Shown in pieces: positions 30,752 through 39,357 of a DNA stretch of 64,000 bases. The notes under the pieces were generated by a model. That model was not told the origin of the DNA. It searched no databases and saw only the letters and a program-made list of their open reading frames with translations. Source of the DNA: Candidatus Sulfomarinibacteraceae bacterium (lineage in GTDB: Bacteria > Acidobacteriota > Thermoanaerobaculia > Thermoanaerobaculales > Sulfomarinibacteraceae); NCBI GenBank assembly GCA_963796455.1, contig CAWCLO010000004.1:416001-480000 (forward strand), read 5' to 3'. Numbering within the stretch: the first letter of the stretch is position 1; each line of letters starts with the position of its first letter. The position numbers were made by a program, and so were the translations under genes.

Positions 30752-31606
30752 GTGACAAAAACGATCGAAACGATCAGTCGTCAAAAGTGCCACGAAGGGA
30801 CCCAAGGCTTCTACCGCCATCGTTCCACCGCGACCGGGACCGAAATGCGGTTTGCGGTCTTTGTTCCTCCCCAGGCTGAGGAACACCGGGTGCCCGCGCT
30901 CTACTTTCTGGCCGGTCTGACCTGCACCGAGGAGACCGCAACGATCAAAGCCGGGGCCCAGGTCTACGCGGCCAAACGCGGAATCATGTTGGTGATGCCC
31001 GACACCAGCCCGCGTGGAGTAGGCATTGCCGGCGAGGATGACAACTGGGACTTTGGCACCGGCGCCGGTTTCTATCTCGATGCGACCGTCGAGCCCTGGG
31101 CAGCCAATTACCGTATGAAAAGCTACGTAGTGGATGAACTTCGTCAACTGATCAACGAATGCTTCCCCGCCAAGGCGGAAGCCACCGGGATCTGCGGCCA
31201 CTCCATGGGCGGTCACGGCGCCCTGACTCTGGCATTGACCAACCCTGAAATCTATCGCTCGGTTTCCGCTTTTGCACCAATCTGCGCACCGCGCAGATGT
31301 CCGTGGGGCATCAAGGCCTTCGGGGGCTACCTGGGCGACGACAATGAATCGTGGCGCTCACACGATGCAACCGAATTGGTGCGTACGGGCAGACGACAGA
31401 GCCCGATCCTGATCGATCAGGGCGAGGATGACCAATTCCTATTGGAGCAACTTCATCCGCGTGAATTCGCTCAAGTCTGTGCGGAGGGTGGACAGGAGGT
31501 CGAATTGCGGATGCATCCGGGCTATGACCACAGCTATTTTTTTATCCAGACGTTTATTGCCGACCATATTGATCACCACGCGGGAATCCTGTTGCGAGAG
31601 AGTTGA
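30752..31606 (+). CDS. fghA: S-formylglutathione hydrolase
   Basis: LAGLTC.E, PDTSPRG, WDFG.GAGFY, GHSMGGHGAL, GYDHSY; 13 bp downstream of frmA. Confidence 0.96.
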   Translation: MTKTIETISRQKCHEGTQGFYRHRSTATGTEMRFAVFVPPQAEEHRVPALYFLAGLTCTEETATIKAGAQVYAAKRGIMLVMPDTSPRGVGIAGEDDNWDFGTGAGFYLDATVEPWAANYRMKSYVVDELRQLINECFPAKAEATGICGHSMGGHGALTLALTNPEIYRSVSAFAPICAPRRCPWGIKAFGGYLGDDNESWRSHDATELVRTGRRQSPILIDQGEDDQFLLEQLHPREFAQVCAEGGQEVELRMHPGYDHSYFFIQTFIADHIDHHAGILLRES

Positions 31607-31704
31607 CCGGGAGCGGCCGCGGCCGGCAGGCACCTCGTATCCCTTGACCGTCTCGAAGACACCGGGGACAATGTAAATGGCCCTCACGCTTCGGCGGGAA
31701 GAAA

Positions 31705-32877
31705 ATGAAGATTCCACTACTTGTGAAAAAGTTTCTCAAATTGGCCTTTTTTTTGGTCTTTGTTTTGTCTGTTTCTTTTGGAATATTTGAGTTCCTCGCG
31801 AGGATGGGTTTGTACGAACCCAATATCAAGATGTACGACTATACGATTCTTTTTGATAAAGAACGTCTTTTCTACATCAAAGCAAATTGTGCCCCTGATA
31901 TCAATGAAATGGGTTATCGAGGATCTTCGTTTGTCGAAGAAGAAAATGCTCATCGAAAACGAATTCTCTTTTTAGGTGACTCATTCATCATGGGCCACAA
32001 CGTTCGTCCGGATGCGACGATCGCTGCCGGTCTCGGGAAATCTCTGCAAGCGGGCTTCGAGGTCTTCAATATGGGTGTTCTGGCCTATGGGCCGGATCAA
32101 TCTCTGGTTTCGCTGGAGCAGGACGGTACGGGATTGAATCCCGACATGGTTATCCTTGGGATCTTTCCAGCCAACGATTTTCAGGACAACATACGAAGCG
32201 GGATGTATTCTCTCGACGGCGGCGGCCGACTCTTTCGCAACAAAGAGAATATCGTGAGCAAAAACGTTCCCCGCTTTCGTACGTGCTTCTTGTTGAATCA
32301 CCTCCAGTTCCTGGTTCAACCGAAAATCGACCCTCATCACCGCGTTCTGAGCAGAAACCACGAAGTCCTCATGCATCACCTGTTTGCGGATTTTTACGAC
32401 ACGGAACTGCTGCTGAAACCTGGGTCGGAAGAGGCAAAAAATAGCATTGAATTGATGAGGTCTATTCTCGCTCGTTTTCAAGAAGTAACGCGTGCCATAG
32501 GATCGGAATTCGCGGTTGTTATCATTCCTTCTTATCTCAATATCGTGGAAGAATCTCAGTTCCTTGAGTTGACTGAAAACCGGGAACATTTCGAAGAGGT
32601 TCGAAATAGCGAAGATGGTTTTTTTGCGCCGGAAAACATTACCGCCCGGTTGTGCGACGAGCTGGAAATCCCATATCTCAATCTTTATCCGGATTTTATG
32701 GGCTTTGATGAAGAAGGACGTGCCTCGCTCTACGATCCCTCGGATTGGCACCTGAGTGAGTTTGGCAATCACTATGCGGGTGAGCTCGTGGCGGCGACCC
32801 TCGTCGCGCCACGGCTGTCGGGATCTGTTGTGGGTCTGAGGGCATCGCCGCGCCGACCGCGTGTGCCCTGGCTCTAA
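31705..32877 (+). CDS. Membrane-anchored SGNH/GDSL-like hydrolase or acetyltransferase
   Basis: N-terminal TM; LGDS, NMGV.AYG.DQ, ND, D.H.S..G blocks. Confidence 0.8.
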   Translation: MKIPLLVKKFLKLAFFLVFVLSVSFGIFEFLARMGLYEPNIKMYDYTILFDKERLFYIKANCAPDINEMGYRGSSFVEEENAHRKRILFLGDSFIMGHNVRPDATIAAGLGKSLQAGFEVFNMGVLAYGPDQSLVSLEQDGTGLNPDMVILGIFPANDFQDNIRSGMYSLDGGGRLFRNKENIVSKNVPRFRTCFLLNHLQFLVQPKIDPHHRVLSRNHEVLMHHLFADFYDTELLLKPGSEEAKNSIELMRSILARFQEVTRAIGSEFAVVIIPSYLNIVEESQFLELTENREHFEEVRNSEDGFFAPENITARLCDELEIPYLNLYPDFMGFDEEGRASLYDPSDWHLSEFGNHYAGELVAATLVAPRLSGSVVGLRASPRRPRVPWL

Positions 32878-33050
32878 GAGATATCCTCAGAGGCGCCTTG
32901 ATCCGCGAGTGATGGCTCCTCCGGTTGCCTCTTTCAGGCACCCCTCCAAATCTGTTCACGCATCTTGTTGACAGACCGTTTCATTGCATTCGCCGCCTGT
33001 CCGGGACGGTTGGGTCGAGTTTGATTGTTCGACTGTGCGAGGATTGCGCT

Positions 33051-34013
33051 ATGAAAAATGTGTGGGGCCTGTTGATCCTCTCTGTCCTGGCAGTTCTGGT
33101 TGTGGGCTCAGCTCGTTCGTCCGATAAGCTGCACTGGGTGGATCGGGTCATGGCCATCACGATCGATGATCTGCCGGTTGCCCAACCGAGCTGGCACACG
33201 GATGAACAGATGGATCGGGTCACGAACGATCTCCTCGAGACCCTCAAACAGCATCGAGTGCCTGCAGTAGGCTTCGTCAATGAACGCAAACTCGAGGTCG
33301 AGGGTGAGCTCGACCCGTTTCGGCTGCGGATTCTGAAGAGATGGCTGACTGCCGGCTTCGAGCTTGGCAACCACGGTTATGCCCACCTCGACCTGCACCG
33401 GGTGCCGCCGGATGAATGGATGGCGGATGTGGTGCGCGGTGAAACGCAGACGAAGAACATTCTCGAGGCCTCGGGCCGGGAACTCCGCTATTTCCGCCAC
33501 CCATTCCTCCACACCGGGATGAGTGTGGAGGTTCAGGGGGCGACTTCGACCTTCCTGGCGTCGCGCGGCTACACCGTGGCGCCTGTCACCATCGACAACA
33601 GCGAGTGGGTTTATGGACGTGCATACCGTAATGCCTACAACACCGGGGACGAGGAACTCATGGAGCGCCTCGGCCGCGACTATCTCCGCTACATGCTGGA
33701 TGTGGTGCGTTTTTATGAGGGTCAGAGCGTGGCGATCGTCGGTCGGGCCATCCCACAGGTCTTGCTGATTCATGCCTACGCTTTGAATGCGGACTGGCTG
33801 GGCGGGCTGCTCGAGGAACTCGAAGCTCGAGGATATGGCTGGATCAGCCTCGAGGAGGCACTGAACGACCCGATCTACGATCATCCGGTGGATGGTTGGA
33901 CGGGTCGTGGGGGCATCACCTGGCTGCACCGGTGGGCGATCACCGACGATCTCGATCGATCGATCTTCAAGGGTGAGCCCGAGGTCCCGGCCTGGGTCGA
34001 AGAGATTCCGTAG
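33051..34013 (+). CDS. Polysaccharide deacetylase family (CE4-like), secreted
   Basis: AITIDDLP, ELGNH.Y.H, YFRHPF, LLIH. Confidence 0.88.
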   Translation: MKNVWGLLILSVLAVLVVGSARSSDKLHWVDRVMAITIDDLPVAQPSWHTDEQMDRVTNDLLETLKQHRVPAVGFVNERKLEVEGELDPFRLRILKRWLTAGFELGNHGYAHLDLHRVPPDEWMADVVRGETQTKNILEASGRELRYFRHPFLHTGMSVEVQGATSTFLASRGYTVAPVTIDNSEWVYGRAYRNAYNTGDEELMERLGRDYLRYMLDVVRFYEGQSVAIVGRAIPQVLLIHAYALNADWLGGLLEELEARGYGWISLEEALNDPIYDHPVDGWTGRGGITWLHRWAITDDLDRSIFKGEPEVPAWVEEIP

Positions 34014-34619
34014 TTAGCGTTTCGATTGCAGGTCTTCCGCAAACAACCTGACGGCCTCTTCCTGTTCCGGTGTCTCCACCGATCCCGGACGGAGCTCGCG
34101 GAGCGTTGCAATGGCTTCATCTGCCGTTGCGCCTTTCGAAACCAGGTAAGCCGCCGCCATCGTGCCAGACCTCCCGAGGCCCGCAGTGCAATGGACCCCC
34201 ACTGGGTCTCCGGCTGCCGCGGATGCCTCGACCAATGCCGTGAACTCGATCATCTGTTGGAGGGTCGGTGGCGTGTAGTCCTCTACTGGAAAATGTTCCT
34301 GGCGGATCGCGTTCGAAGCCAGGATTTCGCCATCGGGTCGTTCATCGGTCAGTGAAACGAGAACTGTGATTCCCTCCTGCTCGAGGAATGCCGCGTCCTG
34401 ATCAAGAGGCCGGTTTCGACCCGGTAACGGCATCGCCGCCAGTTCTCCAGGTACGACCCAGGAGAAGCCCTCCGATGGCGGCAACGGTTCCGTTGAAACG
34501 GGGGCCTTGGTGTCGTCGTGGGCCTGGTCGCTCGGGGTTGTAGGGTCTTGCGCGTCTCCGCATCCCAGAAGCAATGCGACAGCCACGGCGGCCAAGAGTG
34601 ATTTTTCAAAGTATTTCAT
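34014..34619 (-). CDS. Dual-specificity protein phosphatase family lipoprotein
   Basis: HCTAGLGRSG (CX5R), general-acid D in VEDYTPP, R..RPGSVET..Q; lipobox LLGC. Confidence 0.88.
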   Translation of the reverse strand: MKYFEKSLLAAVAVALLLGCGDAQDPTTPSDQAHDDTKAPVSTEPLPPSEGFSWVVPGELAAMPLPGRNRPLDQDAAFLEQEGITVLVSLTDERPDGEILASNAIRQEHFPVEDYTPPTLQQMIEFTALVEASAAAGDPVGVHCTAGLGRSGTMAAAYLVSKGATADEAIATLRELRPGSVETPEQEEAVRLFAEDLQSKR

Positions 34620-34661
34620 CGTGAACGCAATGTACCACCACCGGGTGGCAAGGCGGAGCCC

Positions 34662-35009
34662 TCAAGATGGGCGGCTGAGGATGAAGGTCAGGACGATCAC
34701 CCCGATCGCCAGCGCCACCGCGCTCCATGGAAGATCGAGGCGAATCACTGAAATCGAGATCGAGGCGACTACGGTGATGACCGCGACGATTTTTGCTCGC
34801 CGGCTGATCACCCCGTGCTCTCGCCAATCATGAATCATGGGCCCGAAGCGCGGGTGCTCGTGAAGCCACGAGTGAAACCTCTCCGAGCCGCGCGAATAAC
34901 ACGCGGCTGCCAGCAGGACGAAGGGAGTCGTCGGCAGAAGCGGGACGAAGATTCCGATGAATCCCAGGGCCATGCTCAGGTGGCCGATGAGGAGGTAGGT
35001 CAATCGCAT
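34662..35009 (-). CDS. ybaN: YbaN/DUF454 family membrane protein
   Basis: LG.IGIF.PLLPTTPF.LLAA.C..R.S.RFH.WL..H..FGP.I..W. Confidence 0.92.
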   Translation of the reverse strand: MRLTYLLIGHLSMALGFIGIFVPLLPTTPFVLLAAACYSRGSERFHSWLHEHPRFGPMIHDWREHGVISRRAKIVAVITVVASISISVIRLDLPWSAVALAIGVIVLTFILSRPS

Positions 35010-35110
35010 GCGAAGGGGTCAACCGAGAGCCAGGCCCGGATCTTCCGGCCGTTTGGTCGGATTGGTGAAACTCGGGAAATCTGCGGTCCTCCCTCGGTGT
35101 TTCAATTTAT

Positions 35111-35536
35111 ATGAAACGAATCTTTTTCGCGCTGGTTGGTCTGACAGTCTTTGGCGGAATTATGTGGCTGATGATCGGTGAGCTCGAAACGGGAGCGGCC
35201 CCCCGAGACGAACCACCGGCGGTCATCTTGAGGGCGCCGGCTGAGTTCGACGTGGAGAATATGGGCCCCTCTTCGATCGATATCGCGGCGCGGGCCATGG
35301 TCGATTGGAAGGGAAACCGGATCGGTTTCGAATGGACTCAAGAAGGGGACAGAGTGATCCTCCTCGTCGATCGTGAGGCCGGGAAGGTCATCGAGATGCG
35401 AGCCGCCCGCTCCGGCACCATCGTCGAACGGACCTGGGAGGGAGACGTCGAGCAACGCCTTCTGTGGGCGGCACAAAATGGCAACCTCGACGCACCGGGG
35501 CTGCCATCGGCGACCGGCAAGAACCTGTATCACTGA
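35111..35536 (+). CDS. Hypothetical protein with N-terminal membrane anchor
   Basis: ATG-started 141-aa ORF with an N-terminal hydrophobic helix, filling the gap between genes; no family recognised. Confidence 0.65.
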   Translation: MKRIFFALVGLTVFGGIMWLMIGELETGAAPRDEPPAVILRAPAEFDVENMGPSSIDIAARAMVDWKGNRIGFEWTQEGDRVILLVDREAGKVIEMRAARSGTIVERTWEGDVEQRLLWAAQNGNLDAPGLPSATGKNLYH

Positions 35537-35575
35537 CAACGCTTGCCCAAGAAAGAGTCGCGGATAGCGTACTGC

Positions 35576-35963
35576 GACAGCGACGGGGATCGGCAGACAG
35601 CGTCGGCGAACGGTAGTCAGCGGCAGCGATCAAGGACGGCGCCAGCGAACGGCACTCACTTCTTCGAGGCTCCGGCCTTTGTGGTGCGGCCGTCTCGGCC
35701 GCACGGTGTGCAGGCGAGACGCTTACACCACAACGGCTGTTCCTTCTGTTGAACGACCCGGAGGTGGCCACGCCGTCACGGTATCTGATCGCCGCCCCTG
35801 ATCGCTGCTGCTGAACACTGATCGCTGGTTCCTGACGCTGGTCCCTGGCCCTGTCGCCGTCGCCGCTGTCTTGGACGGCTCTGATACTCGATCCTTGCCC
35901 ACCCAGAAAACCTGATGCCGATCGGTGTGTGAATCGAGCATCGAGCATCGAGTATCCAGAATC
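35576..35963. repeat. Composite non-coding element: long imperfect inverted repeat enclosing a REP-like doublet, plus a heptamer tract
   Basis: Arms 35617-35641 and 35790-35814 are 22/25 complementary. Inner inverted pair at 35679-35704 and 35708-35733. (ATCGAGC)n-like tract at 35933-35963. Confidence 0.7.
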
Positions 35964-36087
35964 TCGTCGCGAACGAGATAGAAGGGGAATCGGCCGGGAT
36001 TCCCGGTTCTGAGCGAAACAATTTTCGCCCGCCGTGTGTTGGTTTTCGTGAGGCCCGAATGATCGCTACCGAATTGGAAGGAAATTG

Positions 36088-36516
36088 ATGGACATCAAAA
36101 AACTCTTCACGGTGCCTGCCAACCCGGCCGGTGCAGACATTTCGCTGCTCCTGCTCCGATTGGTCGCCGGCTCCGCCATGATGCTGCACGGGTGGGGAAA
36201 GATCCAGAACCCGTTTGGCTGGATGGGGGAGGGTGCCTGGGCGCCCGGTGTGTTTCAGGCGCTTGCAGCGCTTTCCGAATTTGGCGGCGGACTTGCCTGG
36301 GTCATCGGGCTTCTGACTCCCCTGGCGTCCATGGGCATCGGCTCGACGATGGCGGTCGCTTTCTATTCCCACGCCATTCTTCGTGGTGACCCCTTTGTGG
36401 GGCGCGGCGGTTCTTTCGAAAAGGCGGTGTTGTTTCTGTGTATCGCCCTGGTCCTCTTTGCGATCGGACCTGGACGGTTTTCGCTCGACCGGGTCCTTTT
36501 CGGCCGCCGAACCTGA
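36088..36516 (+). CDS. DoxX family membrane protein
   Basis: LLLLR..G..M..HGWGK, EFGGG..GLLT, GPGRFSLD. Confidence 0.92.
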   Translation: MDIKKLFTVPANPAGADISLLLLRLVAGSAMMLHGWGKIQNPFGWMGEGAWAPGVFQALAALSEFGGGLAWVIGLLTPLASMGIGSTMAVAFYSHAILRGDPFVGRGGSFEKAVLFLCIALVLFAIGPGRFSLDRVLFGRRT

Positions 36517-36787
36517 ATTCATTTTTTAATTTTCCCGTTGCCCCACGGTGGTAGACGACGGGATCAATCGCTGATCGCCGTCCCCAGGGTCCTCAGTGAG
36601 GTTTTGTGGGCATCGTCTCAATCCGGGACACCTTGATCCGACCGACATGTCAACGAGGTGTATTCGGCGCCTGCACCCGTCTCAAAGTGGAGTCGATTCT
36701 GGCATTGGACTTGCAACTCAGTTCAATCCAGAAGAGTTTTCGCTTGAAATCTGAACCGGAATCATCGGACGGAAAGGCGGGCGGTTG

Positions 36788-38404
36788 ATGAAACGATTGG
36801 AAATTTTCTGGGTTTTATTGCTCCTGGTCCTGCTTCCGTCGGCTTCCGCTCTGTCGCAGGGCGTGGATCGCGACGGGCTCCAGAACGCCATGGACTCGGT
36901 GGTCTTTCTGAAGATGAACCGGTCATTCGGACACGCCTACTTCACCACATCAGGCACCGGCTTCTTCGTCCACCAGGACGGCTATGTAATCACCAATTGG
37001 CACGTGGTTGCGGACACGGTCGAAATGAGGATGGATGGCGTAGTCCGGGATATCAACGCCAAGGTCCTCGACCTCGAGGTCGTTCTGCACAGCGGCACCT
37101 CAAAAGAGAGGGTACTGCCGGCGAAAGTTGTCGCCCTCGACCGCAAACGTGATCTCGCCCTTCTTTCGGTCTCGGTGAAGGCGCCGGCCTGGCTCGATGT
37201 CTCCGAACCACACGAAGCCCGGATCACCGACCGGGTGTGGGTCCCGGGTTTTCCGCTTGGCGACACCCTGGCGCTCGGTCAGGACAGCAGGACGGTGGGT
37301 TTTGAGCGCAACCCGGAACTCACGGTCAATTCGGGGTTGGTGACCTCGTTGCGGCGTGATGACAGCGGCAAACAGGTCATGGTGCAGACCGATGCTGCGG
37401 TCAATCCGGGAAATTCCGGTGGGCCGCTGGTGAATGATGCGGGAGTCGTGGTCGGTGTGGTCAACGCCAAGATCATGCGTTCTGAGGGGCTCGGCTTTGC
37501 GATCTCACCCGCCCTCCTCGACGAGTTCGTGAGTTCGAAGGCCGCCACCATATCCTTCGACCCGGGTGTGATCTCCCTGCCTCCCGCACCGATCAGAGTC
37601 AAGGTCAAACCGACTCTGGCGGCCCTCGGTGGCAATCTTTCCGGCGAGGTCGTCCTTGAAGGCGATGATATCCGACCGGTGAAGCAACAACTCGAGCTCG
37701 GGGACGACGGCGTGTGGACCGGTGTCCTGCCGGCGACTGCGCCGATTGACGGATCCGAGCCTCCCAAAAACTATGTCGCTCAGGTCACCTTTTCGGATGC
37801 GAGCGGGCGGACCGTGATGCGGCGCCGTTTTCGGCTGCAAAACGTCGCCGCGACCTCGCCTCAACTCAGAGGCGAGCGCGATCCGGTCAACGTGATGGCG
37901 GATCGCCACGACTTTGCCAACGAACGAAATATGAACCGGAGCAGCACGAGATCGAAGCAGGGCGGAAAGAGTTCGCTCTCCGACTACGCCAAAAAACACA
38001 AGGTGAGTGAAGACGGTAAGAAAGTCGTGATCGATCAGAAACTCGTGACCGAGATGGGGAACCCGTTGCTCCGAAAACTACCGGATGAACGCTACGAAGC
38101 GCTCGGCGATGCGACTGTTCGCGAAACCATCAAAAGATATGACATCTGCCGTCTGGCCAAGAAAGAGCTCGAACGAGCGACCGAAAATGTGGAGAAGTAC
38201 GAGAACGATCCCAACTACCAGATGAGGCGCGAGGCGGCCCGGGTCAAAGGAGAGGTCGCCAAGTGGTGGGATCCGGTCATGATCTGCTACGAGAAATATC
38301 GCCACCGGGCAGTCACCGCGGGAGTCCTCTTCTGTCACGATGACGACCGCTGGTATTACCGGCAGGCAGTGCCATCCGAGTGTCGCTGGCCCGAGGAACC
38401 GTAG
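36788..38404 (+). CDS. Secreted trypsin-like (S1C/HtrA-like) serine protease with unknown C-terminal region
   Basis: GTGFFV, TNWHVV, DLALL, TDAAVNPGNSGGPL catalytic triad motifs. Confidence 0.88.
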   Translation: MKRLEIFWVLLLLVLLPSASALSQGVDRDGLQNAMDSVVFLKMNRSFGHAYFTTSGTGFFVHQDGYVITNWHVVADTVEMRMDGVVRDINAKVLDLEVVLHSGTSKERVLPAKVVALDRKRDLALLSVSVKAPAWLDVSEPHEARITDRVWVPGFPLGDTLALGQDSRTVGFERNPELTVNSGLVTSLRRDDSGKQVMVQTDAAVNPGNSGGPLVNDAGVVVGVVNAKIMRSEGLGFAISPALLDEFVSSKAATISFDPGVISLPPAPIRVKVKPTLAALGGNLSGEVVLEGDDIRPVKQQLELGDDGVWTGVLPATAPIDGSEPPKNYVAQVTFSDASGRTVMRRRFRLQNVAATSPQLRGERDPVNVMADRHDFANERNMNRSSTRSKQGGKSSLSDYAKKHKVSEDGKKVVIDQKLVTEMGNPLLRKLPDERYEALGDATVRETIKRYDICRLAKKELERATENVEKYENDPNYQMRREAARVKGEVAKWWDPVMICYEKYRHRAVTAGVLFCHDDDRWYYRQAVPSECRWPEEP

Positions 38405-38471
38405 GCAGGCCAAAAAATCGTCTCGGGAGTTTTCCAACGACCCTTCTTGGGCGCTGAAGTGGAAGAGCCGA

Positions 38472-39347
38472 CTACCTTGCGGCTGCTTCGCTCAACACCT
38501 CTTCGAATGGCTCCGGCGAGTGGGTCTGACGGCTCGGTTCGCGATTCTCGAGGTCATATCGATCCCCAGGGGCGAGAAAATAGAATCTCCCGTTCTTGGA
38601 CGTGATCCTGTTGGAATCGTAGATCGCCACGTAGCCCTGGCCGATCACCTCGAAGTTGTCACCGCGGACGACGATGGCAGTGTTCTCATCGAGCCCGATG
38701 CCGAGCAGTTGCGGGTGGGCGTCGATCACTTCGAGAAGATCGAACTGTCGGTTGCGGCGTAGCAGATGCTGATCGATTCCCACATTGGTGAGAAACCCGA
38801 AGCCCTCTTTGTGGTCACCCATCATGATGGTATTGGTTGAGGAATCGCCCCGTACCAGATAGCTGCCCTGGATGGTGGCGCCTGCCGACGACCCACCGAT
38901 CACGCCACCTCTCTCGAGTACCCCACGGATCTCGGCGAGGGTTCTGGTGCCGGCATAGGCGTCCACCAGGCGCCACTGCCTGCCGCCGGAGAACCAGACG
39001 CCCTTTGCTAGCCGCAGCGGTGCCACGAACGATTCGGTGTTGGCGACCTCGGGATCGTAGGTGTGGAGCACCGTAATGTTGGTTGCACCGGCATCGCGGA
39101 GACGTCGCAATCCGGGCCAGTACTGGTCGTAGGTGTCGCCGCCACCCGCGGTTGGTATTACCACGATGGGAGCGTTGCCCCCTCCTGCGAGCGCGACGAA
39201 GCGTTCGTAAATGGCCGGGTCGGTGACGCCGCCTCCGGCCACAACGAGCATGCCCCGGTCCGGTCCGACCTCCGCTCCAAAGATGGGAACGGCTGCGCAG
39301 AGCAGGAGAATTGACGTAATTGCAATCGGGGTTTCTTTCGTTTTCAT
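38472..39347 (-). CDS. Cyanophycinase-like peptidase S51, secreted
   Basis: VIPTA, WFSGGRQWRL, GGSSAGA, IDQH..RNR, GIGLDENTA. ATG at 39347 gives a signal peptide. Confidence 0.9.
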   Translation of the reverse strand: MKTKETPIAITSILLLCAAVPIFGAEVGPDRGMLVVAGGGVTDPAIYERFVALAGGGNAPIVVIPTAGGGDTYDQYWPGLRRLRDAGATNITVLHTYDPEVANTESFVAPLRLAKGVWFSGGRQWRLVDAYAGTRTLAEIRGVLERGGVIGGSSAGATIQGSYLVRGDSSTNTIMMGDHKEGFGFLTNVGIDQHLLRRNRQFDLLEVIDAHPQLLGIGLDENTAIVVRGDNFEVIGQGYVAIYDSNRITSKNGRFYFLAPGDRYDLENREPSRQTHSPEPFEEVLSEAAAR

Positions 39348-39357
39348 GATGTCCTCG

